From Lama glama (taxonomy: Eukaryota), in NCBI GenBank assembly GCA_028534125.1, contig CM052832.1, forward strand, positions 13,890,001 through 13,954,000: 64,000 nucleotides of DNA. The letters run 5' to 3'. Positions 52,001 through 64,000 of this stretch are shown one piece after another (the first letter of the stretch is position 1; each line of letters begins with the position of its first letter). The notes below the pieces were generated by a model. The model ran no database searches. It had not been told where the DNA came from and saw nothing but the letters and a program-made list of their open reading frames with translations. The translations under genes were made by a program, and so were the position numbers.

Positions 52001-52544
52001 CTCACTCCAGGGCTGTATCTTGTATGGGTGGTTGACAGGAGTGGGTCAAGGGGTGAGGGAGGAATCCTTCTCTCCTGAGAACAATGTCTCCAAAGAGCCA
52101 TCATTTTGTGGGGCCCGTAAGTGTGAGGCTGATCTCTGCTTTCACTGTCGTGCTCTCCATTCCACCCATTTGTGGGCCTCGGGCCCATGCTCTCCTCCTG
52201 GGGAGTGGGAAAGCTTTGAAGAGGGCTCAGTCCCAAGGTTGATGTGGCAGCTCTGGGGCTGACAGCAGGGTCCCAGGCGGCCTGACTCCCTCAAGTGGAA
52301 GGGGGGCTTCTCCTGGACTCTTCCTGGGCAGCACAGCAGTGATCCAGAGGTGAGGTGGGATAGTTGTATCTGTGACAGTTACTCAATCTAGAGGGCTGGG
52401 CAGGGAGCAAGCTTGGATTCCATTAAACCCAATTTAGCTACAGTCACAGAGCACAGAGTATGTGCCTGGTGTGGTATTGGGGTGGGTGGGGAGGATGAGG
52501 GGGTGGATACAGAAATGAGTAAGACACAGTAACTGTCTTCTAAG

Positions 52545-52588
52545 AGTGAGTGAGTGAGTGAGTGAGTGTGTGTGTGTGTGTGTGTGTG
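52545..52588. repeat. (TGAG)n(TG)n microsatellite
   Basis: Directly visible. Confidence 0.9.
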
Positions 52589-55500
52589 CATGACATTGAG
52601 AGCCTAGGAACATCACACAGGTAGAGATTCCTGAGAGTGGAACTTAAACACAATGTGCTCCACACTGAAGCCATCACCTCTGCCCACCCCTCCCCAGAGC
52701 ATCAAAAACATCACCATCTGCCTGCTCCTCCTGCTGTATTTCCTGTTTTGATTTACTGAGGGTAGTTTAGAACCCTTCCCTGGCTCCCTGTTACCATCAG
52801 AATGAAGGCCCAAGTGCCCCACCTGCACCACCTGCAGGGACCCTGCACATCTCAGCCTGCCCCTAGCTGCACATTATGTCTTAGCCTCCTGGTTCCCCCA
52901 ACTGGCTGAGCTGGTGTGTACCTCTGAGCCTTCGTACATGCTGTTCCTGTTGCCTGTAATGCCCATCCCCTCCTTGACCTGGCAAGGACCTACTCATCTT
53001 CCTAAACTGAGGGGGTCTTTATTGGTCTCTATTAGAACACATTTTCTAATGGTGCTGACAATAATGATTTAAAAGCCAGCATTTTCACATGCACATACCA
53101 GGCACTATTCTGACTGCTTTAGGTTTTCTATATATTAGCCTGTTTAATTCTCATAACAACCTTGGTAGATTTTACCATTATCATGTCCATTTTATAGTTG
53201 GGAAATTGATACATGGAGCATTTAAGTAACTTATTTACTAAAGGTGACATGCCTAGTAAGTGGTGGAGTAGGATTTACACACAGCCAGTTCAGCTGAAGA
53301 GTCTGTGCAGTTACTGCTGCCCGGCACTGCCTCACTCATTGTTGTATTTGCCAACTTCTACAGCTTTTGAGCAATCAGGGTCAATGTCTGATGAATAAAT
53401 GAATGAGTGACTCATTAAAATTGAATGGAATGAAGAAGTAGGAATCATCCTCATTTATAAGATAGCTGCCATGCTAAAGCTATTTTATTTTTTTGGAATG
53501 TAGAAAATTTTAAAGAAAATATGTTGTGAGAGCAAAATCCCATCCATCATGTTTTCATCTTATATTCCTGCTTTTTTATATAAAATTTACAGAATTTCCA
53601 AGACTCAGTTTTTTCAAGTCAATGAAGAGAGATGTCCTCAGGACACTCTAATGACCTGCTCATCATGACCTGCTGCCACCAGGGAGATGGATCCACTGAG
53701 AAGTGACCGAATGCAAGGTGAATGCTGGCTCATGCTGAAAGAACATCCCATCTCAGAGCACAGGCCTGGGACAGAGTCATCCCAACCAGGGATATCAGTG
53801 AGGGCTTTCTGGGAGAGGTGAGATTTGGGCTGAGCCTTGAAAGATTGGACTTGGTGGTAGGAAGGGCAGGGCAGGAGAACAGCAAAGGGAAACAGATTGT
53901 GATGGGAGACCAGGTAGGTAACAGCCACATAGCAGAGTGGCTGGTGAGCAATCACTTTCACCTCCATCTTGGGTGGCTGCACAGTTTTGGACAGTTGGCT
54001 GATTTAAAACTTTTCTGCTAGCCTACATGCAAATAAAGCACTTAAGCCTGAGAGAAAACACAGATGAACATCCCCAGGGCAGGAAAGATTGCTGATCCTC
54101 CAACCTAACATACTTGGCTCGCCATTGAACCAGCTAACAGCTTCAGTCCCCCTATGTTCATTTCTGAAAGGTGGTGTGGCTTAGAGGGTAAGCCATGACT
54201 CTGCCACTTGTTGGCTTGGAAGGTCTTTTAACCTCCCTATGCCATAGTTTCCTTAGGTTGTTGAAGATGAAATTAGTTAAAGCACTTAAAGCATCTAGAA
54301 CATTGCAAGCATCCGATTCCAACAAGTGCCCAATAGACATGAGCTAATATGGTCACTGTAATCAGAGGTCTTCACAATGATGCACAATCTCAGTAGGTTA
54401 GCCCTCTTCTAGGCCACGGGATTGAGCCTTCTCTGCCACCTCTTTCCAGCCCCAGCTGTGGTTCCTGTTGACCTAACCCATAAATGCCCCGAGTCAGTCC
54501 CCCCTCTTTTTGCCCCTGCCCACTTATGCCTACTATGCTGATACACTGGGTTCTTGGGATTAGATTAACTTTGCTTTGTGCCCATAGGGCCTGGATGGGA
54601 AAGGAAAGCTGGGAGGAAACCCGAGTCAACACTTACTGGGAGTGCACAGGGCACGTGGCCAATTTCAGTTTGAGGATCAGTCAGGTTCCAGACAACAGAG
54701 CTAAGTCCCTGGAGAGTAGGCACTGGTGCCTCAGCATCTCCCTGGGGGGATGACTAGCTTACATCACTACATGTAGCTGGGCTTGGGAACTACCTGCTGG
54801 GTCTTTGCCCGGCAGGATAACAGCATCCAGCTATGCAATGACAGCCCACAGATCCTGAGAACCAGCCTGGGATGGGATACGAATCTGGCTTCTCACAGTG
54901 GAGGGGCAGGTGAAGAGGGACTTAGCTTACAAAACAGAGCCAGGGCCCTTCCCCAGGGCCAGGTCGACAGGCTGCTCCTTAGCAAATGGTGAAGATCTTG
55001 ACGATGATTCTCTTTAAACTATCAGGTTCATCTCCCACGCCCCACCCCCCTCATCTTACTCACTTCTGAGGCTTTATCCGTCCACCTCCACCCTGCAAAA
55101 GTTTTCTTGTAAATTCTCTAAACCAGAGTTTCTCTTTATTGCCGTATTTTTTTTTAACAGTTTGATGACAATGGGCCTCGGTGAGAGTTCCCTTGTGTTT
55201 ATCCTGCTTGGGGTATATCATCAAATTCAGAACAATTTCAGCTGTTTCTTATTCTAAATGATTTCAGTCTTCCTTCTATCCCAACAATTGCGTCTTGAAG
55301 ATGGTCTGCAGGGGACCACCTGGGAGTTTGTTAACAATACCCTACCCAAATAAGAATCCCCTGGGACCTGAGAGTCTGTGTTTCAGAACAAGTTCCTGGC
55401 TGAGTCTTCAGAGACTGTGAGTGTTCCAACTGCATTGTCACTCCTCTCTGTGTCCCCAGTCCTCGCGGGCCTCATCGTTGAACAGAACACTCAGCTGCAA

Positions 55501-55954
55501 GGGTTCCTCTTCATTCACCGAGTCAGCAAGATTGGTGCCATCTCCCGTTGCAGGCGCCTGAAGCCCAACATGAAAAGGATAACACTTGGACTCATGAATT
55601 TCAGGTATCATTCAGAAGAGGAAAGAGACACTTAGGGGGCTTTAAGGGGCTCCCCCAAATCCACCAAGGAAGCGTCCAGGGAAAGCACTCCCTCTGACTT
55701 AACCATGTGGGATCTCTGTTCTCTATAAAATGAGGATAAACATTTTTGTGTGGAGCACTGAAGTGATGGAGTCAGCCTTAAAAGAGAAATTCTGGGTGAC
55801 AGATTTAATTCATTTTTGGGGTTAAGAGTAGAGGGAGAAAAACAAGTGAGCTGGTTAGAAATGATTTGCAAGCTAATTCCTGAAAGATACAGGGAGAAAC
55901 AGACAATGTACCAGACTAGTAAATAAGCACACACGTGGCGTGTGTTTTCGATCA

Positions 55955-56650
55955 ACTTTGCTGAGGCATAATTTACATAACCATACAAGGCACCCATTTA
56001 AGTGTGCAGTTTGATGAGTTTTGACAAATGTGTTTGCTTGTGTAGCCTCTATGATGATATAGATCATTTCCTTCCCTCGAAAATTTCCTTGTTCTTTTTT
56101 GCAATCAATCCCCACCTGGCCTGAGCAGCCCCTAATCTGTTTTCTGTCATTTTGGATTAGATTGGTATTTCCTAGAATTTCAGATACATGGAATCACACA
56201 GAATGTACTCTTCTGCATCTGGCTTCTTTTGCTCAACATCATCATTTTGAGATTTGTCCACATTTTTGCGTGTATTAGTAGTGTTTTCCTTTTTATTGCT
56301 GTATTGTATTCCATCATGTGGCTATATCACTATTTGTTTATCCCTTCTCTTGTTGATAGAGATTTTGGTGGTTTGTAATTTCAGGCTATTATGAAAAGTT
56401 GCTATGAACACTCCTGTACAACTCTTTTTGTCAACACACATTTTGGTTTCTCTTGGAAGCAGGATTGCTGAGCTGTATAGCAAGTGTACGTTTAACTTCA
56501 AGAGAAACTGCCAAACTGTATTCCAAAGTGGCTGTATGGTCCCACCAGGAAAGAATGAAAGTTCCAGTTGTTTCACATCTCTACTGGCTCTTGGTATTGT
56601 TGGTCTTTTTAATTTTAGCAGTTCTGCTTAGGTGTGTAGTGGTCTCTCAC
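55955..56650 (-). mobile_element. LINE-1 3' fragment
   Basis: aagtgtgcagtttgatgagttttgacaaatg...agaaactgccaaactgtattccaaagtggctgta. Confidence 0.8.
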
Positions 56651-58578
56651 TGCAGCACAGACATGCCCACCTCTCCAACCTCTTCTGGAAGCACTCCCCC
56701 ACCCCCACACTTCTCCTCAGCCGCTCTGACCCTCTCTCTGTTTCCCGCATGTTCTGGGCTTCTTTCCTGGAATTCTTGTCCTCTCAAAATTTCCATAACT
56801 GGTTCCTTCTCATGATTCAGTTCTCAGCACTGTGTCACCTCCTCAGAGGTCTTTCCTCCCCACCTTCTCTATTGATGACCTCAATACTTTTTATCTCCTT
56901 AACCTGTTTTACTTTTCTTTATAGCAGCAAGTCCCATCTGAAAGTATTTTATTTGTTTGTCTACTTGTTGACTCTCTACCCTGTAGGAACCTCAGCTCCA
57001 TTAACAAAGGCATTTTGTCTGTCTTGTTTACCTAGAACAGTGCCTGAGAGATAGTAGGTATTCAATATCTATTGTTGAGTGGATCTGTAGTCCAAAGTGG
57101 ATGTTCAATATATTGATCTTGGAGGTCCTGGGGATTAAAGGATAAGCATATCTACGAAGCAAAAATATTTAAAGCATACATTTTTTATTGCCTGGGGCAA
57201 TTTGACTTTGCATGTAAATATGGTTAGAAACCTAAAAATATGGAAAAGTAGAAAAAGGAGGAAAATCAACCATACTTTCACCAAACTACTATGGTTTAAA
57301 AATATAAATCATTTAAAATTATTAATTGTTTTAATTTTTTAAAAAGAAAGCGGATCAGTGATTGGCTAGAGATTAGGAGCACATAAATGTGCTTGAGGAA
57401 ACTTCTGGGGTAATGGGTGTGTTCATTATCCTAACTGTGGTGTTGGTTTCATGGGTGTATACATATGTCAAGATTTATCAGATTGTGTACTTTCAGTGTG
57501 TCCTGTTTATCATGCCTCAGTAAAGCTGGAAATAAAAAGAAAAAATTTTTTTGATTTTTCAAAGTTAATATTAATTAAGTAATATTTGCACATAGAAAAA
57601 AATTCGAACAGTAGACCATATTGGGAAAGGCTACTTATATACAAATATAGATAAACCTATCTGAAAATCTTTCCAAATTTATGGTACAGTGGTACTATAC
57701 TCTACACATTGCTTTGTACCTTACTTTTTTCATTTAACAATGTAAGCTCAGCTGCAAGTGACAGAAAATTAAAAATATCAGTGCCTTGCAAAAGACATTG
57801 ATTTCTCTCTCATTAATGAAGTCCGGAGATAAGTAGTCAGGCAATACTTGCACAACTATCAAGGACCCAGATTCCTTCTGTCTTTTGCTATGCCATCCTC
57901 AATATGGGGCTTTTACATCATGGTCCAATATGGCTGTCTGAGCTCCAGACATTACATCTGCATCTGGCCAACAGAAAGAGGAAAAGAAAAGAGAGGGACC
58001 TCTTTCTTCCTATTAAGGACACTTTCTGTGACATTTCTGTTTAGTTCCTATTGGTCAGAACACAGGGACACATCTAGCTGCAAAGGAGGCTGGGAAACAA
58101 ATTCTTTGTTCCAGATAGCCATATACCCAGTTCAAAAGTCAGAAAAGAGGAGAATGGTATTGGGGGATGACTACAATCTCTGCTATAGTATACATAGATT
58201 TGCCTCATTTTAAAAAAATGGAATTTTTTGTAGCCACTTGCCCAATGAAAACTGGGAGCCACCCACCAAACCTCCTGTCCTGCACTTTCAAATTGAAGTC
58301 TCCCTTGGGTGTGAAATTGGTAGAATTTGGTCACATATCTATGATCTAGCTGCAAGGGAGGCTGGGAATTTGAATTCTGACTTCCAGGTTGAGAGGCAAA
58401 ATTCATAAAGGATTTTTCCAAATATAGAAAGGCCACTTAGAACTTGGACCAATCCTCTCATCAAAGACAACTATATATGTTAGACAAATATTTTTGAATC
58501 TTAAAAGCATCAAAAAATCTAACAAGGTAGTGAGGAGTTACTAGACGAACATATGAAAAAATAAGCATCCAGAGAGAT

Positions 58579-58770
58579 TAGAGTTGCCAGATAAAATACA
58601 GGACTCCCAGTTCAATTTGAATTTCAGATGAATAACAAATTATTTTTTAGCATAAGTACGCCCATGCAATATTTAGGGCATAGTAATACTAAGAAATAAT
58701 TTGTTGTTTATTTGAAAGTCAAACTTAACTTAATGTCCTGCATTTTTGTTTGCTAAATCTGGCAACTCTA
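58579..58770. mobile_element. MER53-like palindromic hAT MITE
   Basis: 192 bp with perfect 14-bp TIRs TAGAGTTGCCAGAT / ATCTGGCAACTCTA. Confidence 0.8.
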
Positions 58771-59749
58771 CCAGAGAAGTGAGTCCAACACTTGGAGCCT
58801 CTTTGACCCAAAGGCATTTGCCAGTCTGAGTCATTGGAGAGGCTGAGTTGTGCTTTTGAAAGTTTCTTAGGACTAGGGGTTCACAATTGGAGCTCAGGGC
58901 CCGCCAGGGTTGGAGGCTGATGAACCACCCTGTGGTAGAGTATTACTTTGATGACCCTCAATGAACCACAACTATAGGTATTCATGCCCTGTGTACTACT
59001 CTTCACCCTGGACAGGCCCTGTGATCCACTTTACCCAATAGAATGTAGTGGAAGTGATGTTGCACCGGGCCTGGTTCTAGCCTTAAGAAGGCAGTTTCCA
59101 TATTTTGGCTCTGGGGGAAGCCAGTTGCCACAAAAGAAGTCTTACTTCCCTAAGAACTGGGATCTAACCAAGGAATTGGTGACATTTGCCCAACTAGATT
59201 TCAGAATTGCATGGGCCTGTGGCTGCTGTGTGCTGGCCATTTCCTCCTTTTTGAACTGGAGTATCTACTGAGATTTCCCTTTCTCTGCTTCACCATTTCC
59301 CATAGGGGGAAGATAACTAGTCTCTAGTTCAAAAGTCATCAGATTCAGAGAAGCATCACTTGAGAAACCTTACTCATACCTGGACTTGATTTAAATGATG
59401 AAATTATGGACTTCCAGCTCAATCCTGGTACTGTAGTTGGGTGAGATTTGGGGGGTTTTAAGGGGTAGTAAGTGTATTTTGCACGGGGGAGGAAGTAGAT
59501 TATTAGGGATAGAGGGCAGATTGGGGTAGATTGTTACTTTGGTGGGCCCCAATGAACTGTGTATCTCAATAGTCACGCTATGATTGGTTCCCTTCCCTTT
59601 TACTCTGGGCTGGCCTGTGACCTGCTTTAACCAGCAGAACATGGTGGAAATGACACTGTCATTTCCAGGCCTAAACCTTAAGAAGGCCTGGCAATCTCTA
59701 CATTTGCTCATTGGCGAAAGCCAGCCACCATGTTTGGAAGCCCAATCAT

Positions 59750-61985
59750 GCAACTGAGTGGTTTTAATATATTCACAGATGTGTGCAACCACCACCACAG
59801 CCAACTTTAGAACATTTTCATCACCTCAGAAATAAACCCATACCCTTTACCTATTATCTTCCTGTCCTTCCTTCCCCTACACTCCCAGTTCTAAGCAATC
59901 TCTAATCTACTTCCTGTCTTATCTTCCCTGATCTGGACATTTCACATTAATGGAATCATATAATATGCAGTCTTTTGTCACTGGCTTTTTTTATTTAGTG
60001 TAATGCTTTCGAGGTTGATCCATACTATAGCATCTGTCAGTACTTCATTCCTTTTTATAGCCAAATAATGTTCCATCTTATGGATATACCACATCCTAGT
60101 GTATCTATTCATCAGTTGATAGACATTTGGGTTATTTTCACCTTTTGTCTATTATGAATAATGCTGATATATATATATTGGTGTACTAATATCTGTTTGA
60201 GTTCTTACTTTCAGTTCCTTTGGGTATATACTACAGGTGGAATTGCTGGGTGTTATGGTAATTTTTTTTTAACATTTTAGGAAGTGCCAAACTATTTTCT
60301 GCAGAGGCCATATGATTTTAAATTCCCACCAACAATGCACAGGGGTTTCAGTGTCTCCCCATACTTACCAATACTTCATACCTTTGTGGAAAATCAGTTG
60401 ACTACAGGTGTATGGGTTTACTTCTGGACTTTCAACTCTATTTCATTGATCTAAGATATTTCATTGTCAAGGATGTGTCTATCTTTGTACTAGTACAAAA
60501 TGTTGATTATTGTTGTTTTGTAGTAAGTTTTGGAATCAGAAAATGTGAGTCTTCCTACTTTGTTTTTCTTTTTAAATATTGTTTTGTTTATTCTGGGTCC
60601 CTTGCAAATTCCATATGAATTTTAGAACCTGCTTGTCAATTTCTATAAAGTCAGCTGGGACTTTGATGGGATTACATTGAATGTATAGATCAATTTGGGG
60701 AGTATCACCATCTTAACAATGTTTAAAGTCTTTTGATACATAGGATGTTTTTCCAATTATTTAGGTCTTTAACTTCTTTCAGCAAAATTTCGCAGTTTTC
60801 AGAGTGTAGGTTTGGCACTTCTTTTGTTAAATTTATCCCCAAGTATTTTATTCTTTTTGATGCTATTATAAATGGAAAAATTTTCTTAATTTTATTTTTG
60901 GATTGTTCATTGCAAATATATAAAATACAATTGATATTTGTTATTGATCTTGTATCTTGCAAACTTGCTGAATTCATTAATTAGTTTTAACAGCTTTTTA
61001 GTGGATTCTTTAGGACAGTCCATACACAAGATCATGTTTTCTGTGAGTAGATATAGTTTTACTTTTTCCTTTCTAATCTGATGCCTGTGTGTGTGTGTGT
61101 GTGTGATTGAAGTATAGTTGATTTACAATATTATGTTAATTTTAGTTTGGGGTGTACAATATAGTGATTATAAATATTTTTATAGGTTATAGTCCATCTA
61201 AAGTTATTACAAAATAATGGCTTTATTTCTCTCTGCTGTACTATACATCCTTGTTGCTTACCTATTTTATACATAGTAGTATGTATCTCTTAGTCCCATA
61301 CCCATATTGTGCCCTTCTCCCCTTTCCTCTCCTCACTGGTAACCACTAGTTTGTTCTCTATATCTGTGAGTCTATTTCTGTTCTGTTATATACATTCACT
61401 TGTTTCATGTTTTAGATTACACATATAAGTGATAATGTAGAGTATTTCTCTTTCTCTGACTGACTTATTTCACTATGCATAATACTCTCTAGGTCCATCC
61501 ACGTTGTTGCAAATGGCAGAATTTCATTCTTTTTTATTGCTGAGTAATGTTCCATTGTATATATACCACATCTTCATTCATTTGTTGATGGATACTTACA
61601 TTGCTTCTACATCTTGCCTATTGTAAATAATGCTGCTATGAACATTGGGGTGCATGCATCTTTTTGAATTAGTGTCTTCATTTTCTTCAGATATATATTT
61701 GGGAGTGGAATTGTTGGATCATATGGTAGTTCTATTTTTAGTTTTTTGAGGAACCTCCATATTGTTTCCCACAGTGGCTTCACCATAATGCCTTTTAACT
61801 TTTATTTCTTGACTAATTAATTGCCTTGGCTAGAACCTCCAGTAGAATATTAAATAGAAGTGGCAAGAGTGGACATCCTTATCTTGTTCCTTGTCTTATT
61901 TTCTGAGGGCAATATCCAGTCTCTCACCATTAGGTATGGGATTAGTTGTGGGGTTTTTGTAGTGGCCTTTTATCAGGTTGAGGAT
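59750..61985 (-). mobile_element. LINE-1 block with ORF2 remnant and nested younger L1 3' end (~61105-61790)
   Basis: Minus-strand translation PFIIASKRIKYLGINLTKEV is the L1 RT motif; second 3' end begins attgaagtatagttgatttacaat. Confidence 0.85.
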
Positions 61986-62439
61986 GGCTGTTTTTATAAA
62001 TAAAGTTTCATTGTAATATAGCTAGGCCATTCATTTTCACATTGTCTATGACTGTTTTGTACTACAATGACAGAGTTGAGTCATTGTGACAGAGACTATA
62101 TGGCCTGCAGGCCTAAAATATTTACCATCTGTCCCTTTAAGAAAAAGTCTGCTGACACCTGTTTTAAGCTGCTAAATTTGGGGACAGTTTGCTATGAGAC
62201 AATATATAACTGAAAAAAACCTCCCCATCTTCAACAGGGACCTCAAAGTACTGTAGCATTAGTAAGGGGGATCCAAAAATAAAGAAACCCTCCCACAGAC
62301 CCTGGTCTAGCTTCAAGTCTTCAGAGAGGCTCAGAAAATCAGAAACCCTGAAACTGGCTTAAGGTGATCCTAGCTTCCTAGTGTCCCAGGATGCCTATGG
62401 AAACAAATGGAATCCTTTCAGTGGAAGATATTTTCATCA

Positions 62440-63000
62440 TTGCCTCAAATGATTTTTCAAATACAATGTCCAAAACATAACCAGGCACACGAGGAGATAA
62501 AACAACATGAGCAAGAACCAGTAGTAAAAACTGATAATGGAAGTGGACCAGCAGGGACTCCAGATTGTGTCCTCTCCAGGGACACAGACCATAAAACAAC
62601 TATACTTACTGTGTTTAAAAAGAGCAAAGCCAAGCTTGAAACTTATAGCAGGGCACTAAGAGATATAAGAAGTGATATAGCAGATCTGAAAAAGAACCAA
62701 ATAGAAATTCTAGAACTTAAAAAAAAAATAGAATAACCAAATTTAATAGCTCAGTGGATCGGTTTCAGAGGAGAATTTTTTTAAAAGCTGGAGAGAATTA
62801 GTGAACTGAAAAAGAGTCAGAAGAAACTTCTAGAACAATGCATAGAAGTTCAAAAGATAGAAAATACAGACGATAAGAATATAGTGAGAAAGTCTCATAT
62901 ATGTTTCAACTGGGGGCCCAGAAGGAAAAAGGAAAAGATACAGAAACAGTATTTGAATGTATAATGGCTGAAAAATTTTCAAAACTGATGAAAAACTGCT
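62440..63000 (+). mobile_element. Old LINE-1 ORF1/5' remnant
   Basis: aaagaaccaaatagaaattctagaact...gagagaattagtgaactgaa...ataatggctgaaaaattttcaaaactgatgaaa. Confidence 0.65.
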
Positions 63001-64000
63001 TAAAAGAGGCAGCCATGAAATGACAGATATCCATTGAATCAGGTGTTGGCCCTTAAAACAGTATATCCTTCATGTACAAATCTGCCTTTGAAAAGATTTT
63101 ACAACCAACATGGACACCTGCTCTGCAGCAGGTGGAATAGGGCTTGGGTGGGCTGAGTTCAAGTACAAACTGTCACTTCCTAGCTGTGCCACCTGGAGAA
63201 GGTTGCCAACCTTCAGTTTTCTCAACTAATAGGTAGGGCTGGTAACACTGGCATACCCTACATTGTCATTGTGAGAATCAAGTGATACAATGCATGTGAA
63301 TAAACCAGGTGAATGCCAAGTGTATTAAAAATGAGATATGGTTGGAGCAGGATCACTCACAGTGACGGGTAGGACTGGAAAATAATTTGCAGATCCCATC
63401 ACAAAATGAAAATGTGGGACCCCTTGTGAAAAAAATTAAGACTTTCAAGACTGACAACAGAGCACTAAACCAAACACAGGTCACATGGCCATGAAGCCAG
63501 CCTTGGTGACAGGCCTTGCAAAGAATTGCTCTCTGCTTTAGAAAAGGGCTGCTCATCCCACACCCAGGTGTCTGCAGCCATAGCTCACATTATCTTTGAA
63601 TTCTGAAAGGCAGCAATGTTTAGGGAAATTGCAAGCACACGTGTTTCCAAATGCTGAGAAAGGCAAGTGCACTGACCGGAGTGGTTTTCTGAGAGAGTGG
63701 GTGGGGCCAGCCAGGCTGCCATCGGAACTGTGGAACTGACTGTTCCCCACAGACTCTGGCCTAGAAAAAAAGAGCCTGCAGCTGTATCTACAGGGCCTGT
63801 TGTTGTTTGCTGCGGTGTGTTACAACACAGCCTGGCAGCCTCCTGGGTCTGTCTTCCTCCTGGAAGGGCCTGGACCCAGAGCATGTGACATGGCCACACA
63901 GCCCTGCAGATCTGCCCACACTGCTCCTTGCTGTTCCCTCAATTACTAGGCTTTTCCAGGTCCGCATTCTTTTTGCTCACATTATTCCCACCACCACCAA

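Noticed and set aside
52933..52947. GRE-core match CGTACAtgcTGTTCC
   Set aside because: Lies in what looks like an L2 remnant and is isolated; may be chance.
43100..64000. FKBP5 coding exons or further non-coding exons
   Set aside because: No FKBP or TPR coding sequence recognised; non-coding exons cannot be placed without transcript data.
1..64000. CRISPR array, operon or other prokaryote-type system
   Set aside because: Spliced mammalian genes and mammalian repeats throughout; no regularly spaced repeat-spacer array seen.

Overview
Mammalian genomic DNA, probably camelid, judged from four copies of a Vic-1-like tRNA-derived SINE. It spans the conserved colipase neighbourhood: CLPS (+, 3 exons, 112 aa, intact), CLPSL1 (-, 3 exons, ORF open but degenerating), CLPSL2 (-, apparent unitary pseudogene), ARMC12 (-, 6 exons, 338 aa) and a non-coding stretch with two CpG islands. 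By synteny that stretch is the distal promoter/enhancer of FKBP5; no FKBP5 coding exon is in the window. The rest is interspersed repeats (L1, ERV/MaLR LTRs, one decayed ERVL provirus, hAT MITEs, microsatellites). Best observations: several disabling lesions in CLPSL2; a cysteine swap and homopolymer frameshift in CLPSL1; apparent start-codon turnover in ARMC12; a dense cluster of palindromic glucocorticoid/androgen response elements; short serial duplications around CLPS. I found no evidence of a wholly new gene system. Orthologue comparisons rely on my recollection of the human/mouse proteins and need alignment to confirm.
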